The notes below the pieces were generated by a model, which saw only the letters and a program-made list of their open reading frames with translations, did not search any database and had not been told where the DNA came from. A stretch of 58,054 nucleotides of DNA from a virus. Its lineage: Duplodnaviria > Caudoviricetes. The DNA lies in the IMG/VR virus record IMGVR_UViG_3300027575_000004, positions 1 through 58,054 of that record, one strand, 5' to 3'. Positions 8,912 through 19,270 of the stretch are shown here, piece after piece (positions within the stretch are counted from its first letter, which is position 1; the number at the start of each line of letters is the position of its first letter). The translations under genes and the position numbers were made by a program.

Positions 8912-8970
8912 TCGTATTTCTCCTTGCAAGGGTTATCCGCGTGGGATCAGGACGCGGGGGAAATAAGTTG

Positions 8971-9064
8971 CGGTATGCCGAGCGGGATTTGAACCCGCGC
9001 TGCCCGGGGTCTTGGGCCACCACGGCTTGCATCCCCGCGCTCTACCAGACTGAGCTATCGGCGA
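8971..9064 (-). tRNA. tRNA-like gene (pseudo/atypical; possible GCA anticodon) with enlarged anticodon loop
   Basis: D arm GCTC-AGTCTGGTA-GAGC, T arm GCGGG-TTCAAAT-CCCGC, anticodon stem CGGGG/CCCCG enclosing 23 nt; only 5-bp acceptor stem; ends ACCG. Confidence 0.65.
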
Positions 9065-9133
9065 CTACGCTGGTTAGACGTAGCCATATACCGCTCCCAT
9101 CATCATGCCCGATTGTTGACACAGGAACAAGGG

Positions 9134-12100
9134 CTAAGGAATATCATACCCTGAAATGCTTGCCGTCAGTGGTGCCCCGCTCCCAGCGGGAGCCCTGTAA
9201 TACATCGTCTGTGGCGTTGCAAGAATAAGCTTTGGGAATGGCTGAACGATCACCACCGCAGACGATCCCTCTACAAAGAATGGAAGCTCGTTTGCTGGCG
9301 CTGTATCAGACGCGAGATACCCATAGAGCGGATCGCTCGTGGCTCCTGAAACATTCCCATACACCGCGATTGCATTCGGAGGAACAGCGCTGGATAGCGA
9401 TACGCTCGTAAGCGATGTCTGGACTCCCCCGCTCAGCACCACCACAGGTGCCATCGTGAAGGACTTCCCTCGCTGATACCCTACAACAAACTGGGAGGCT
9501 ACGTTCGTGGGCCAAGTTCCCAGCAGGAATGATGCCGTGTACCCGGCAGGAAGGTTTGCGCCAGCATAAATCGTGCTTGTCGATGTTGATGAATTACATG
9601 CGAGGATAGACGCAGTTTGCGTCGTCGGGTTGTAAATCGCATATAGCGAAACGAAACCCAGCGATGGCGCTGACCCCGTGTCCATTCCGCCCGCACCCGT
9701 CGTCGCAAGATTAATCGCTTCCGAATAGGACGGGAGACTGTAGAACGTACCGTTAAGCGCTGTCCCGACCGTAACAACGTCCGCTGTGAAGGTCGCCGTT
9801 GCGCTCGCACCCGCATTCGACATAGCCGCATTGATTGGAGGAACTAATGTTTCCGATTCTGCCGTAGCAGTGAGCGGTTGCACCCATGATACTGTTCCGC
9901 CGCTCGTATATGTTCCTGCCCAGATGGAACCGACAAGATCGAAATATCCGCTTCCAGTATTCACATTCGCAATCGGCCAATAACCTGTTGCGTTCGGAAC
10001 TCCATTGAATCCCGAGAGCGTCACGTAATCGCCGTTCGCAAGCCCATTAACCTGCGAAGGCGTACTCATTGTAATGCGGATTAAGCCACTGCCGTTGTTC
10101 GATGGCGTCGCGCCGCTATATGGACCCACGCACGTTCCGAAGTTAGCTGCCCCGATAGTCGCCGTAGGAGCGAGAAACAAATCGGGCGAGACGATACTGG
10201 AAACGACAACGTAGCCTGTTGATCTATACCCGGCTCCACTGTTGTAGGTGGTCCCACCCACATCGAATTGCGTCGAGTTTACAACGCTCGTGATTGTCGC
10301 TTCGAAAACGTCTGCGGAATATGGCGAGGTGCCTCCTACACCACTAACTGTGACGACCGTCCCACCCGCAGCGGCATTGCCTGCTTTCAAGAAGGCAGTC
10401 GATGGCACAGTCAATCGACATCTACCTGAGCCGCCCGAACTTACAGCAGTAACTGGGAGAACAATCGGATTCCCTGTGATGACAAAACCGCCATAAGTCC
10501 ATGCATTTGCATATGGCGTATTTGAGAGTGTGAATTGCGTCGTTGAAATGGAGAGATTGACGGATTGATACCCGGCCGCTCCATTCGTGGGGTTGTTCTG
10601 TGTATTGACCGCAGTGGCACTGTTTGCTTCTGTTGTGCCGCCAACTCCGAAGACATAGACAAGTTGGCCCTGAGTAAGCTGACCGGGAATAGCGTCCGTT
10701 GTGAGTTCAACGTTGCCGTCAATACCCGGCGCTGTGCCTAAGACACGAACAATTGTCGGCACGCCTTGAGATGGAACGACATTCAAGCTGCCGTCTTCAA
10801 GGCGTGTATATATGCTGGAAATATTTCCAACATAGTCGAGAAGCTGAAGTTGATCCTGAGAGTCCTGAACTTTGTAGAACGTGTGCGCCGGATAAGTCTG
10901 GCTTGTGCTCGTCTGCATTTGGTTGAGCAGAGCAATCGTCGCAGAGGTCGCTAAGCTTAACCCCGGCGCGGGATTGAACCAGTTTCCCGAAACCGAAACC
11001 GGAGAGATGGCAGAAAATCCGTAATGGCTTCCGTTGGCCCACCGATAAACAAGTGGCATTGGGCCGGTGAAGACCGTCGCCATGGTCGGCGAACTCACAG
11101 AATTGGAATCCGTTACGATAAACGGCCCACTCGAACTATTGGCCGCGCTTCCAAGAAGCTCAAGCACATTACCAAATGGAGTTTCAGAGTACGGATAAAG
11201 CGCATTGTTGACATAGCGTGCTAGAACGTACGTGCCCCCAGCTCCTGCCGAGAAGCTGTAAAAGTAATTGAAGGCCGCCGCGTTGTTGCCATGTTGCTTG
11301 GCACTGATTTCGGTGTCCTGAAGAACTAAAAATCTTCCAAAATGAGTATGTCCCTCTCGATCATTGTTGGCCGCCATGAATACATTGCTGTTCGTATAGC
11401 CGAGCCTGATTGCGTCGCCGTTCAGATAGTTACACCGCAGATTGTTGAATATGTTTTGCGCGCACGAATTGTCCCACACGATCCCAAGATCGTTGTCGTT
11501 CATCGTCAGGCAGTATGAAGTTGTAGTTACTGTGCCGGTATAACTGGCAGAATTTGCGAATGACCCATACGATACGTCCAGATCAAGATTGTTGAAGATG
11601 TTGTTGGCGGGCGGACTCACATTGTTCGTGTTCCGCATGTCGAGCGCGGAAATCAACGCATTCGTTATCCAAAGATCGTTGTGCGTAGCGCCGTATAGAT
11701 TCACAAGTTGATAGGCATACTCACAGATGCCATTCGCGTCGATCCGCATTCCGCTGCAAGACGTGCCGGAAATCTCAACCCCGGCCGTGTTCATGCCAAG
11801 CAGGAAAAGCGGCGCTGTATTTGTCCCAATGGCTTTGATCCACGTCGAGCCGTCGCCGCCCGAACGTGACCCCGCCCCAACAAGCGTAATGCCGGAATGG
11901 TCTTGAAGATTGTAGCGCCCCGAAGTTGCGAGCGCGCCGGGGCCTCCGGGGATATAGAGTTGACAGCCGCCTGACACCGCAATCGCGGCATTAATACCGG
12001 CGGTTATGGTCGTGTTGTTGTCCGTCACGCCGTCGTAGACGAGAGGCCCAAAATCGGCCAACGAAAGCACGTTCGGATTACCCGAACCGCCGGAAGAGAC

Positions 12101-12391
12101 GGAAATATTATCCCGTGTCCAAATCGGACTTGTGGGTGGGTTTGTATCGGTCGGATTGGTGAATACGAATTTGTAGGCCACGCCTGAGGGCAGCCATATG
12201 TCGGCCTCGCCTAGACTATCTAAAATAATCGGGTTAACGTTGGCAACAGTGCCGGTCGAATCAGTGTAGGTGGCAAGTTGGCTTACGGTTCCAGCGGCAT
12301 AGGTGTAAACTAACCCTCCCACATAGGGGGAGCCTGTCAATGGGTTCAAAAACAACTGCCGAGGGACAGGCGAAAGCGTCGTTGCGGTCAT
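9134..12391 (-). CDS. tailspike/tail fibre: N-terminal virion-binding domain, beta-helix region, C-terminal modules
   Basis: N-term VYTYAAGT...TYTDSTG...[15 protein letters not shown]; DFG...DGVTDN...I..AI pectate-lyase-type start; N-rich beta-helix. Confidence 0.85.
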   Translation of the reverse strand: MTATTLSPVPRQLFLNPLTGSPYVGGLVYTYAAGTVSQLATYTDSTGTVANVNPIILDSLGEADIWLPSGVAYKFVFTNPTDTNPPTSPIWTRDNISVSSGGSGNPNVLSLADFGPLVYDGVTDNNTTITAGINAAIAVSGGCQLYIPGGPGALATSGRYNLQDHSGITLVGAGSRSGGDGSTWIKAIGTNTAPLFLLGMNTAGVEISGTSCSGMRIDANGICEYAYQLVNLYGATHNDLWITNALISALDMRNTNNVSPPANNIFNNLDLDVSYGSFANSASYTGTVTTTSYCLTMNDNDLGIVWDNSCAQNIFNNLRCNYLNGDAIRLGYTNSNVFMAANNDREGHTHFGRFLVLQDTEISAKQHGNNAAAFNYFYSFSAGAGGTYVLARYVNNALYPYSETPFGNVLELLGSAANSSSGPFIVTDSNSVSSPTMATVFTGPMPLVYRWANGSHYGFSAISPVSVSGNWFNPAPGLSLATSATIALLNQMQTSTSQTYPAHTFYKVQDSQDQLQLLDYVGNISSIYTRLEDGSLNVVPSQGVPTIVRVLGTAPGIDGNVELTTDAIPGQLTQGQLVYVFGVGGTTEANSATAVNTQNNPTNGAAGYQSVNLSISTTQFTLSNTPYANAWTYGGFVITGNPIVLPVTAVSSGGSGRCRLTVPSTAFLKAGNAAAGGTVVTVSGVGGTSPYSADVFEATITSVVNSTQFDVGGTTYNSGAGYRSTGYVVVSSIVSPDLFLAPTATIGAANFGTCVGPYSGATPSNNGSGLIRITMSTPSQVNGLANGDYVTLSGFNGVPNATGYWPIANVNTGSGYFDLVGSIWAGTYTSGGTVSWVQPLTATAESETLVPPINAAMSNAGASATATFTADVVTVGTALNGTFYSLPSYSEAINLATTGAGGMDTGSAPSLGFVSLYAIYNPTTQTASILACNSSTSTSTIYAGANLPAGYTASFLLGTWPTNVASQFVVGYQRGKSFTMAPVVVLSGGVQTSLTSVSLSSAVPPNAIAVYGNVSGATSDPLYGYLASDTAPANELPFFVEGSSAVVIVQPFPKLILATPQTMYYRAPAGSGAPLTASISGYDIP

Positions 12392-12924
12392 CCTGTCGCC
12401 CCCATACAGCCAAGAATATTTACGCGGTCGGCGCTCGTTTCGGTCGATGGACCCTCGTAGAGAGAGCGCAAAACCTCAAGAAACATATTAGATGGCTCTG
12501 CCAATGTGATTGCGGCAACACGGGACTTGTTCACATTAGCAGTCTCGGAAACGGAGATTCGAAGTCCTGTGGTTGTTTTGGTGCGGAAGGGACGGGAGAC
12601 GCTCACAGAACCCACGGAAAGACAGGCACCCGCATTTATCGCATCTGGAAAGGTATGCTCAACAGATGCCGCAATAGCAATATTCCGCATTTTTGCAACT
12701 ATGGAGGGCGCGGCATCAAAGTTTGCGAGCGTTGGACAGTCTTCGAGAATTTTCTCTCTGACATGGGAGAACCGCCGACCGAGGATATGACTATCGAACG
12801 CATTAATAATGACGGCGACTACGAACCCCAGAACTGCAAATGGGCTACGAGAAAAGAGCAGGCTAACAACCGCCGCCCTGGATGGAAGAGGCGCGGTCGA
12901 AATGAAATGGGCCAATTTGTTTGA
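12340..12924 (+). CDS. HNH homing endonuclease-like protein
   Basis: [50 protein letters not shown]. Confidence 0.85.
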   Translation: MGSKTTAEGQAKASLRSSCRPHTAKNIYAVGARFGRWTLVERAQNLKKHIRWLCQCDCGNTGLVHISSLGNGDSKSCGCFGAEGTGDAHRTHGKTGTRIYRIWKGMLNRCRNSNIPHFCNYGGRGIKVCERWTVFENFLSDMGEPPTEDMTIERINNDGDYEPQNCKWATRKEQANNRRPGWKRRGRNEMGQFV

Positions 12925-12926
12925 AC

Positions 12927-14249
12927 TCACGGCTTCATCTCTAGCGCAAGGCCGAATTCATGGAGCTTTGGAAGGGCAGTAATCACTTTCTCTCCAACAT
13001 CTGTGCGAAACATGGAATTTGGGAATTTAACCTCGTTCACGCTCTTATACACGCGCTCGCGAGCGTCTGAAACGGTTTTCCCCGTCCCTGTCACACACAA
13101 AACATATTCGCCAGTCGTTTGTGTAATCGGGCCTTCGATTACCTTCCCGTCTTCCATCTTAGGCCCCTTGCAGATCATGACGCCGATTGGATGCATGGCG
13201 TCGTCATCGTCTTCAAGCCCTGTAATCGGATTACCCTCAACATCTTCCGGCTTGGAAATCGCATAGGGAAATTTCGGTTGAGCCATCACAACGCCTATAG
13301 CCGCGTCGTATTTGACCTTGAGCGTATCGTCGCCGTCGAGTAAATCGCGCATCCACTGCGCCGGATCGCGGCTTGATTGCATCGCCATGCGAATGAAGAA
13401 GTCGGGCCAGCCCAGACGCGCGGTAAACTCGAAGGGCCACACTTTCCCTTGCTTATCCACCCCACAACCGACAGCGAAGTCTCCCGTGTGGCCGGACTTG
13501 AGCAAGTAGTTTTCCATCGGCTTGAGAAATTGGTCTACTAGCGGGTCCGACTTAACGTAAGCCGTGGCCGTACCCATTTCGCCGGTCGCACATCCGATTT
13601 CGCCGTTCATCAGCTTCTTGTGCTCGAAGCTGATTTCGTATTTGTCTGACAGAAATCCCTGCGGCCCGAACCAGCCTGCAATCCCGATTTCTGCGAGCAT
13701 GTCGATTTTCTCTTGGAGCATACACGGCCCCTTGAGTTTCATGCCACGCTTAATCTGGCGCTCAATCCACCCGACCATTTCAGCAGGATCGCACGATACG
13801 AAAGTGAGGGACTTGTCGTCCTCGTGACCAAGCGGCTTGAAGACAAAGCACTTATCGGATTTGCGTGCGAACTTGGATGCCGCTTCGAGACTGTCAAACA
13901 TCTCGTAAGGCGGAACTGCAATGCCCGCTTCCTTCATCGCTTCCATACCAATACCGCGCTCGATCTCAAGCTGTGCGCTTCGATATGTCGGCCCGAATAT
14001 TTTGAAGCCAAGTTCGCGGAAACGATCTAACTCCCGCATATATTTGCAATTGCCCGATGTAATCACGAGGCCGTCACGTGCCCACCCCATAGATGACCGC
14101 CAGTCGTCTACTTTTTTAAAGCCATGAAACCCGTTACCGTCTTTGGAAGTGCGAGAATCTTGGAACCAGCGAACGTCATGCCCCGCTTCCGTGCAACGCA
14201 ACACAAAATCGAGGAAATGATTCTCGACATCAATGGCAAGAACGCGCAT
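12927..14249 (-). CDS. PurD (GAR synthetase)-like ATP-grasp ligase
   Basis: IFGPT...AQLE, FVFKP, EHKKLMNGEIGCATGEMG, EFTARLGWP, TGTGKTVSDARERVY, FRTDVG. Confidence 0.8.
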   Translation of the reverse strand: MRVLAIDVENHFLDFVLRCTEAGHDVRWFQDSRTSKDGNGFHGFKKVDDWRSSMGWARDGLVITSGNCKYMRELDRFRELGFKIFGPTYRSAQLEIERGIGMEAMKEAGIAVPPYEMFDSLEAASKFARKSDKCFVFKPLGHEDDKSLTFVSCDPAEMVGWIERQIKRGMKLKGPCMLQEKIDMLAEIGIAGWFGPQGFLSDKYEISFEHKKLMNGEIGCATGEMGTATAYVKSDPLVDQFLKPMENYLLKSGHTGDFAVGCGVDKQGKVWPFEFTARLGWPDFFIRMAMQSSRDPAQWMRDLLDGDDTLKVKYDAAIGVVMAQPKFPYAISKPEDVEGNPITGLEDDDDAMHPIGVMICKGPKMEDGKVIEGPITQTTGEYVLCVTGTGKTVSDARERVYKSVNEVKFPNSMFRTDVGEKVITALPKLHEFGLALEMKP

Positions 14250-14317
14250 GTCCTGCCTCTATGACCTTTGACCACGCCGTAGCGCGTATCGCGTCTTTTG
14301 TTCTGTTCGTCTCACTG

Positions 14318-16012
14318 TTACTGGCCTTGAGACTGATCGGGTGGGCGTGTGAAATTGCCAAGCGAGAGTACAGGCGCGCGGCGAGACGCTTCAATAGACC
14401 GCAAGAGGAAGTTTTTACTGCCGGGCGCCCTCGGCTCGTAGTGACGCAGCGCGTTGAGCGCAAGGTTCGCAACAGGATTAGTTACCTGCCGCGCCGCCAA
14501 GGTCGTTAACCCGGACCCGGTTAGGTTTAACCTTTCAGCCGTGCCACTGTCTGGCATATGGTCCCCCAAAACTTCGAGCGCATCTTCGCCGAGTTGCTGC
14601 ATAATGGCGTCTCCGCGAGCAAAGCCTCTGTGGCGAACCGTATTATCCGACTTACGAACAGCGCCGAGCAAATCAGTTGGCTGCACCACGCCGCCAGATT
14701 TTAGCCGCCGTGCGGCGGCGTCTTCGAGCCGCGTAAGCAGAGACCAAGACTCATTTATTGCTTTAAGTTTCGCGCGCACTCCCGGAGCACTAGTCCGCTG
14801 CAAATTCTCGCGCAACTCGTCAATGACTTGATCGAGTGCGTCTCCTATACCACGGTCCTTGACATCGGAGGATGATTTGAGTTCGCGAGCCTTACTAGAA
14901 AGATCGCTTTCGACTGTCTTGAATTCCTCCCCTGTCAGTTTTCCTGTCCGACCCAAAGGTGTGAGAAGGCGATTGTTGAGAATCGCCTCAAGCATCTTCT
15001 CGTGAGGTTCGCCATGCTCTGCGGCCTGAGTGCGAATTTCCGATAGCCGTCCGATCAAAATATCATCTGGGTCCATATTAAGGTCCGGCTTAATTTGATT
15101 GTATGCCTTTGAAACCATATCGCCGACAATTTTGACCGTCTTGCGACCGATGGGCACTCCTTTATTCAGAGTGATACCGATTGGTTTTAGCACGCGATTA
15201 TAGATCGCTCTGTTAAATGTGCGGAGCGCGTGGGCTTCCGTGTCTCGTATCGCCTGACCTACAAGCGGGTCGCTCTTATGTCCTTCCTCAAAACGTCGTA
15301 TCGCACCGCCCCGCTGTTGGCCAGCGGTCGGTTCAACGCCTTCATCTTTCAGGCGCTTCACCTTGGCGGCGTACTCCGCATCTTCCGTACCTTCGAGAAT
15401 TTTTGCGGTATCCCCTACCCCCTTTGCGACCTTCCCCGCTTTCGCTTCGCCCCCTAGTGGAACAAGCGCAGAAATAGCATTACCCGTTATTTCGCGCTTG
15501 AGTCCGGTTGCCTCTTCAACCGGCCGACCAATGAGCGCCGTTGCTGCCCCTGTCAGAGGTGACAGGGCCATGCTCGCCAAGTCCATAAGAGGCTTGTTCG
15601 TACCGGGATTCATGTTTCCAGCCGCTTCGCCAGCGGCAGCAATGGCCTCGGAAATATTCTTCGGGGGTGCGGGGCTAATATCCGAAGCGAACGCAGACGC
15701 GCCAGCTTTGAAGTCCTTAGCTGTTTCCTCGACCACTCCCTCCGCTGCGTTTTTGATTGCTCCGAATGGATTGGCGATAGGGTCAATATCGGGTGACTGA
15801 TAGCGCTGATCTTTGGGAACGAAAACGGCGGCTTTTAGACGGTCCAGAATGCCGGACTGCTTTGGCTGCGCTTGCGTGCCGAGTTTGGCGATGCGAGACG
15901 GCTTTTGCTGCTTAACCGCGTAATCCTTCATCACTTTGCTGATGACTGACGTATCGGTTCCATCGGGGAATTGGTGCTGTACGCCATCGGCGGAAACTGC
16001 GGTGATGGTCAT
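14318..16012 (-). CDS. DNA ejection (internal virion) protein
   Basis: large helical protein, third gene of ejection cluster; MPDSGTAERL motif; P22-like synteny. Confidence 0.65.
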   Translation of the reverse strand: MTITAVSADGVQHQFPDGTDTSVISKVMKDYAVKQQKPSRIAKLGTQAQPKQSGILDRLKAAVFVPKDQRYQSPDIDPIANPFGAIKNAAEGVVEETAKDFKAGASAFASDISPAPPKNISEAIAAAGEAAGNMNPGTNKPLMDLASMALSPLTGAATALIGRPVEEATGLKREITGNAISALVPLGGEAKAGKVAKGVGDTAKILEGTEDAEYAAKVKRLKDEGVEPTAGQQRGGAIRRFEEGHKSDPLVGQAIRDTEAHALRTFNRAIYNRVLKPIGITLNKGVPIGRKTVKIVGDMVSKAYNQIKPDLNMDPDDILIGRLSEIRTQAAEHGEPHEKMLEAILNNRLLTPLGRTGKLTGEEFKTVESDLSSKARELKSSSDVKDRGIGDALDQVIDELRENLQRTSAPGVRAKLKAINESWSLLTRLEDAAARRLKSGGVVQPTDLLGAVRKSDNTVRHRGFARGDAIMQQLGEDALEVLGDHMPDSGTAERLNLTGSGLTTLAARQVTNPVANLALNALRHYEPRAPGSKNFLLRSIEASRRAPVLSLGNFTRPPDQSQGQ

Positions 16013-17946
16013 TGGCTCACCAGATTGCCTTTGGCGTCGTAGTGGAGAACTTTGGGTGCAGCGTCAGCCGCCCCATCAGTTCCCTTAGTCGCATCCGACA
16101 CGCGGCCCTTCTGATCTTCGTACGCCTTATTGATCGCGGCTGTGCGGTTTTTCATGGATTGCTTCATCACCGCGATATTCGCCTTCAATTGATCTTCGGT
16201 GAGATTTGGATTGATATAAGCGTCCGCCTCGCGCCGCGCAGCATCCGAAGACATGCCACCGCTCATGCCGCCGGTGGTAGAGAGAACTTTGACGTATTCG
16301 TTTTTGAAGCTTTCCACAGCAGTCTGAAATGCAGTAACGTTTGGATCGTTGAAAACGCCCGTCCGAATTGATTGTTGCCAGCGGTTCAACATGCTCGGGC
16401 CGCCCTTGGCCGTTCCTTTATCGGCCAGAGACAAAACGAGGTCCGACTCGCGATTTGCGTTGCCTTCAGCCTGCTCGACGCTCGCGCGCATCTTGCCGAG
16501 ATTGGTCAACCCAGCCGCTTCGGCTTTCACGTCCGCTGTTCCACCTACAACCTTTCTCTGATAATCGGCAGCGAAATTCGCAATATCGTCCGCAGTCGCA
16601 TCAGGATGTTCTTGAGCGAATTTCTGCACCGCAAACGCCGCCGGAGATCGGGCGTTGCCTGTCGGGATATTTCCGATGTTCTTCGGCGTGGGAATAGGAT
16701 TGCCCGAAAGATCGGTCGCAATTCCTCTATTAACGTTGTACCGTATGGGCTTGTTCGTATCCAAGTCCATGCGCTCTTGCCAGCCCTTGCCGCCGGTAAT
16801 GGGCACCCGCCCCTCTGCGGGCTCTCCCTCCGCACTGATAGGAGACGCCCCGAACTGTGATGTAAGACCTCCCATGTATTGACCGGCTGTCTGATTTGCC
16901 AATTGCGGATTAGCTGCTATCACTTTCGGCGAGAGAATTTGCGGCAATGGTGTGGAAGGATCGGCCTGAATGACCTTCTCAGCATCGCCCGGCCCGAGTT
17001 TATGAGCCGCTGCCAGATTGGCCCCCGTGACCGGAACGCCCGCGTCGGCCAGCGTGGTCGCGTTCTTTTTGGCATAATCGACCGTGACTTCCTTAGACAG
17101 CTCAGGGTCCGAACGAAGTGCGAGCAACTGATTGTCCGTCAGCGTTTTCCATTCGGGATGCGTGACCCTGACATTATCAATCCATGTTTGATTGAGAAAT
17201 TGACCGTCTCCCGTTGCAGTTGAATTCGGATTCTTCGCGCTCGGATTCCCAGTCGAGTTTTCGCTCGGAATAAGTTTTGCAGCAAAGTCAGAGAACGGAT
17301 CGGAGGACGCCTGTGACACCCCTACTGCACTCGGGGGCGTCAAACCAGCATTGGCATACGCAACGTCTTCGCCCGCTTGCGCTTTCTGCGCCTCGACACG
17401 TTCTTTATTTGCGCTTGCCAGCGCCTTGGCTCCCGCAGGATCGAACGGCCTTCCCGTGATCCCTGCAATGATGTCATCGCCCACAACGCCGCCACTATTC
17501 TCCGCCGCCGCGTTCCGTGCCGCTTGACCCGCCGATACAGCGTCGGGCTCAGATTTTCCTGCCTTCTTCGCTTCGTCGTAAGCATCGTACCCGATGCCTG
17601 CTACCTGCGTCATGAAATCCCAATTGTTCTTGCCAACTTCGGTTTTCGAGTGAGCAATCTCCGCAGCTTTAACCTGTGCCTCTAGCGTTTGGTCGCGGAC
17701 CTTCAGACCCAACTCGGGATCAACCGCCATGACCTCTTGCACGGCTTTATTCGTAGGCATTCCTGTAACGGGATCGACGCTCGCAGGATTCGTGAATATC
17801 TGCTTGAGCGTGTTCGTCGTGGCTTCCTGTTTTTGTTGAGCCTTCACCGCCTGAGCAAATTCCCACATGGACATGATGGATTGCGCGCCGGGAGGCGGCG
17901 TCGTGAAGTTGCCAGCGTCAAGGATGATGCTCGGATCGGTAGGCAT
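16009..17946 (-). CDS. DNA ejection protein with lytic transglycosylase-like domain
   Basis: ENSTGNPSAKNPNSTATGDGQFLNQTW and AHKLGPG motifs; synteny. Confidence 0.7.
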   Translation of the reverse strand: MPTDPSIILDAGNFTTPPPGAQSIMSMWEFAQAVKAQQKQEATTNTLKQIFTNPASVDPVTGMPTNKAVQEVMAVDPELGLKVRDQTLEAQVKAAEIAHSKTEVGKNNWDFMTQVAGIGYDAYDEAKKAGKSEPDAVSAGQAARNAAAENSGGVVGDDIIAGITGRPFDPAGAKALASANKERVEAQKAQAGEDVAYANAGLTPPSAVGVSQASSDPFSDFAAKLIPSENSTGNPSAKNPNSTATGDGQFLNQTWIDNVRVTHPEWKTLTDNQLLALRSDPELSKEVTVDYAKKNATTLADAGVPVTGANLAAAHKLGPGDAEKVIQADPSTPLPQILSPKVIAANPQLANQTAGQYMGGLTSQFGASPISAEGEPAEGRVPITGGKGWQERMDLDTNKPIRYNVNRGIATDLSGNPIPTPKNIGNIPTGNARSPAAFAVQKFAQEHPDATADDIANFAADYQRKVVGGTADVKAEAAGLTNLGKMRASVEQAEGNANRESDLVLSLADKGTAKGGPSMLNRWQQSIRTGVFNDPNVTAFQTAVESFKNEYVKVLSTTGGMSGGMSSDAARREADAYINPNLTEDQLKANIAVMKQSMKNRTAAINKAYEDQKGRVSDATKGTDGAADAAPKVLHYDAKGNLVSQ

Positions 17947-18686
17947 TATGGGTTTGTAAAGCTGGCGTCTCCATACCAGCCATTTCCGCCAGACTGAGGA
18001 TTGAAACCGCTGTTGTTGTTCAAAATCTGATACAGCATCGCCGTGCTGCTCAAGCCGTTCAGGCCCGAACCAGCCGCATTCGCAAGCCCGATTGTTCCTG
18101 CCGCACTCGCATTTCCCGCGCCTACGATATTGTTGCCGACGCTTTGTCCGACTTGGCTACTCAAAGCTCCAAGATTGCCCGCTGCGTTTTGTCCTGACCC
18201 TGCTACAGTCTGAAGCTGATCGAACTTCTGATTTTGCGCGTTGACGTAGGCGTTGTAGGCATTCCAATAGTCCTGATTTGCGACGCCCTCACCGTAACTC
18301 GTGAGGCCCTTAAGGGTGTTACCCGACTTCACACCGCCAGTTGCAGATGCGCTATTCAGGATAGCGTTCTCGCCCTGATTCATCTGGAATTCATAGCCGG
18401 GGGAGTTCTTAAAATCCGCGAGTGTGAAAGGCGCGTTGAGCGGTCCAGTGCCGGTAACATTTCCGCCACCCGTTCCAATACCGGCTTGAAGAAATGGGAG
18501 TGCACCAGTGCCCGCTTGCAGAAATGGCGCTTCGTTCTGTTCGGTTTGTTCGAACATCTGAAGCTGAAGCGCGGATGCGTTATTGGCAGCGTTGGCCTCG
18601 GTGTTGGCCGCGCTTTCCGACGCACTCCCAGAAATCAACGCTCCGCCGATTGTAGCGGCTGCGGCAGCCGCGAATCCCCAAGGAAT
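17946..18686 (-). CDS. gp7-like DNA ejection protein; probable ATT start at 18686
   Basis: SPGYEFQMNQG, GGVKSGNTLKGL motifs; frame extends 16 codons upstream of the TTG to IPWGFAAAAAATIGGA with GGAG RBS. Confidence 0.75.
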   Translation of the reverse strand: MPWGFAAAAAATIGGALISGSASESAANTEANAANNASALQLQMFEQTEQNEAPFLQAGTGALPFLQAGIGTGGGNVTGTGPLNAPFTLADFKNSPGYEFQMNQGENAILNSASATGGVKSGNTLKGLTSYGEGVANQDYWNAYNAYVNAQNQKFDQLQTVAGSGQNAAGNLGALSSQVGQSVGNNIVGAGNASAAGTIGLANAAGSGLNGLSSTAMLYQILNNNSGFNPQSGGNGWYGDASFTNP

Positions 18687-19270
18687 CTTACACTCTCCAT
18701 GCCGTACATTTCAGTACGAACGCATACGATGAGAGTCACCCTTGCCTTGCCGCTTCGGTTGACGACCCAATGTAACTTCCTATTGTCGAAAAGCCAACAC
18801 GAGCCGGGCTTTGGATTAAGCGTTTCTTTCACGCCACCGTGCTCACAGACAAAATCGGCTCCCGGCTCACTTTCAATCGAAATATAGAATTTGCGGTATT
18901 GCTCAACGTGCCAGCCATGATCGACGTGCGGCTTGATCTCACTTCCCGCAGGAACACGAGTAATCAGGACACCCCCAAGCATCTCGCCTTGAACCCGAGC
19001 CATGAGATTAAAGATGATCGGACGTAAGGCTGGGAGCGCGTTCCATGCGGGATACCAGACAGGAACATGCTCATCATTGAATCCGACGAAATCCGGCATC
19101 GCCTTGGCAAGATCGTTGTACCGGACCCAGATATCGTCCGTGCCCCTGAATGGCGTTCCCGGCCTCTGCATTCGGCTGCTATGGACGTTCCAAAGCTCCG
19201 GCTGCACGTCCAACTGATTACGCAGCATTGAAACGTCTATGCCGTCACAGATTTTGAGGAAGTGGCGCAC
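18635..19270 (-). CDS. aspartyl/asparaginyl beta-hydroxylase-like 2OG-Fe(II) dioxygenase
   Basis: IKPHVD (HxD), WLFDNRKLHWVVN, RVTLIVCVR; GTG start at 19270 inferred. Confidence 0.85.
   Translation of the reverse strand: MRHFLKICDGIDVSMLRNQLDVQPELWNVHSSRMQRPGTPFRGTDDIWVRYNDLAKAMPDFVGFNDEHVPVWYPAWNALPALRPIIFNLMARVQGEMLGGVLITRVPAGSEIKPHVDHGWHVEQYRKFYISIESEPGADFVCEHGGVKETLNPKPGSCWLFDNRKLHWVVNRSGKARVTLIVCVRTEMYGMESVRFLGDSRLPQPLQSAER

Noticed and set aside
9134-12391. Diversity-generating retroelement targeting the tailspike
   Set aside because: No reverse transcriptase and no TR/VR repeat pair seen.
12388-12930. 180-aa minus-strand ORF filling the gap in late-operon orientation
   Set aside because: The opposite strand encodes a clear HNH protein; this frame has no recognisable features, though translation is not excluded.
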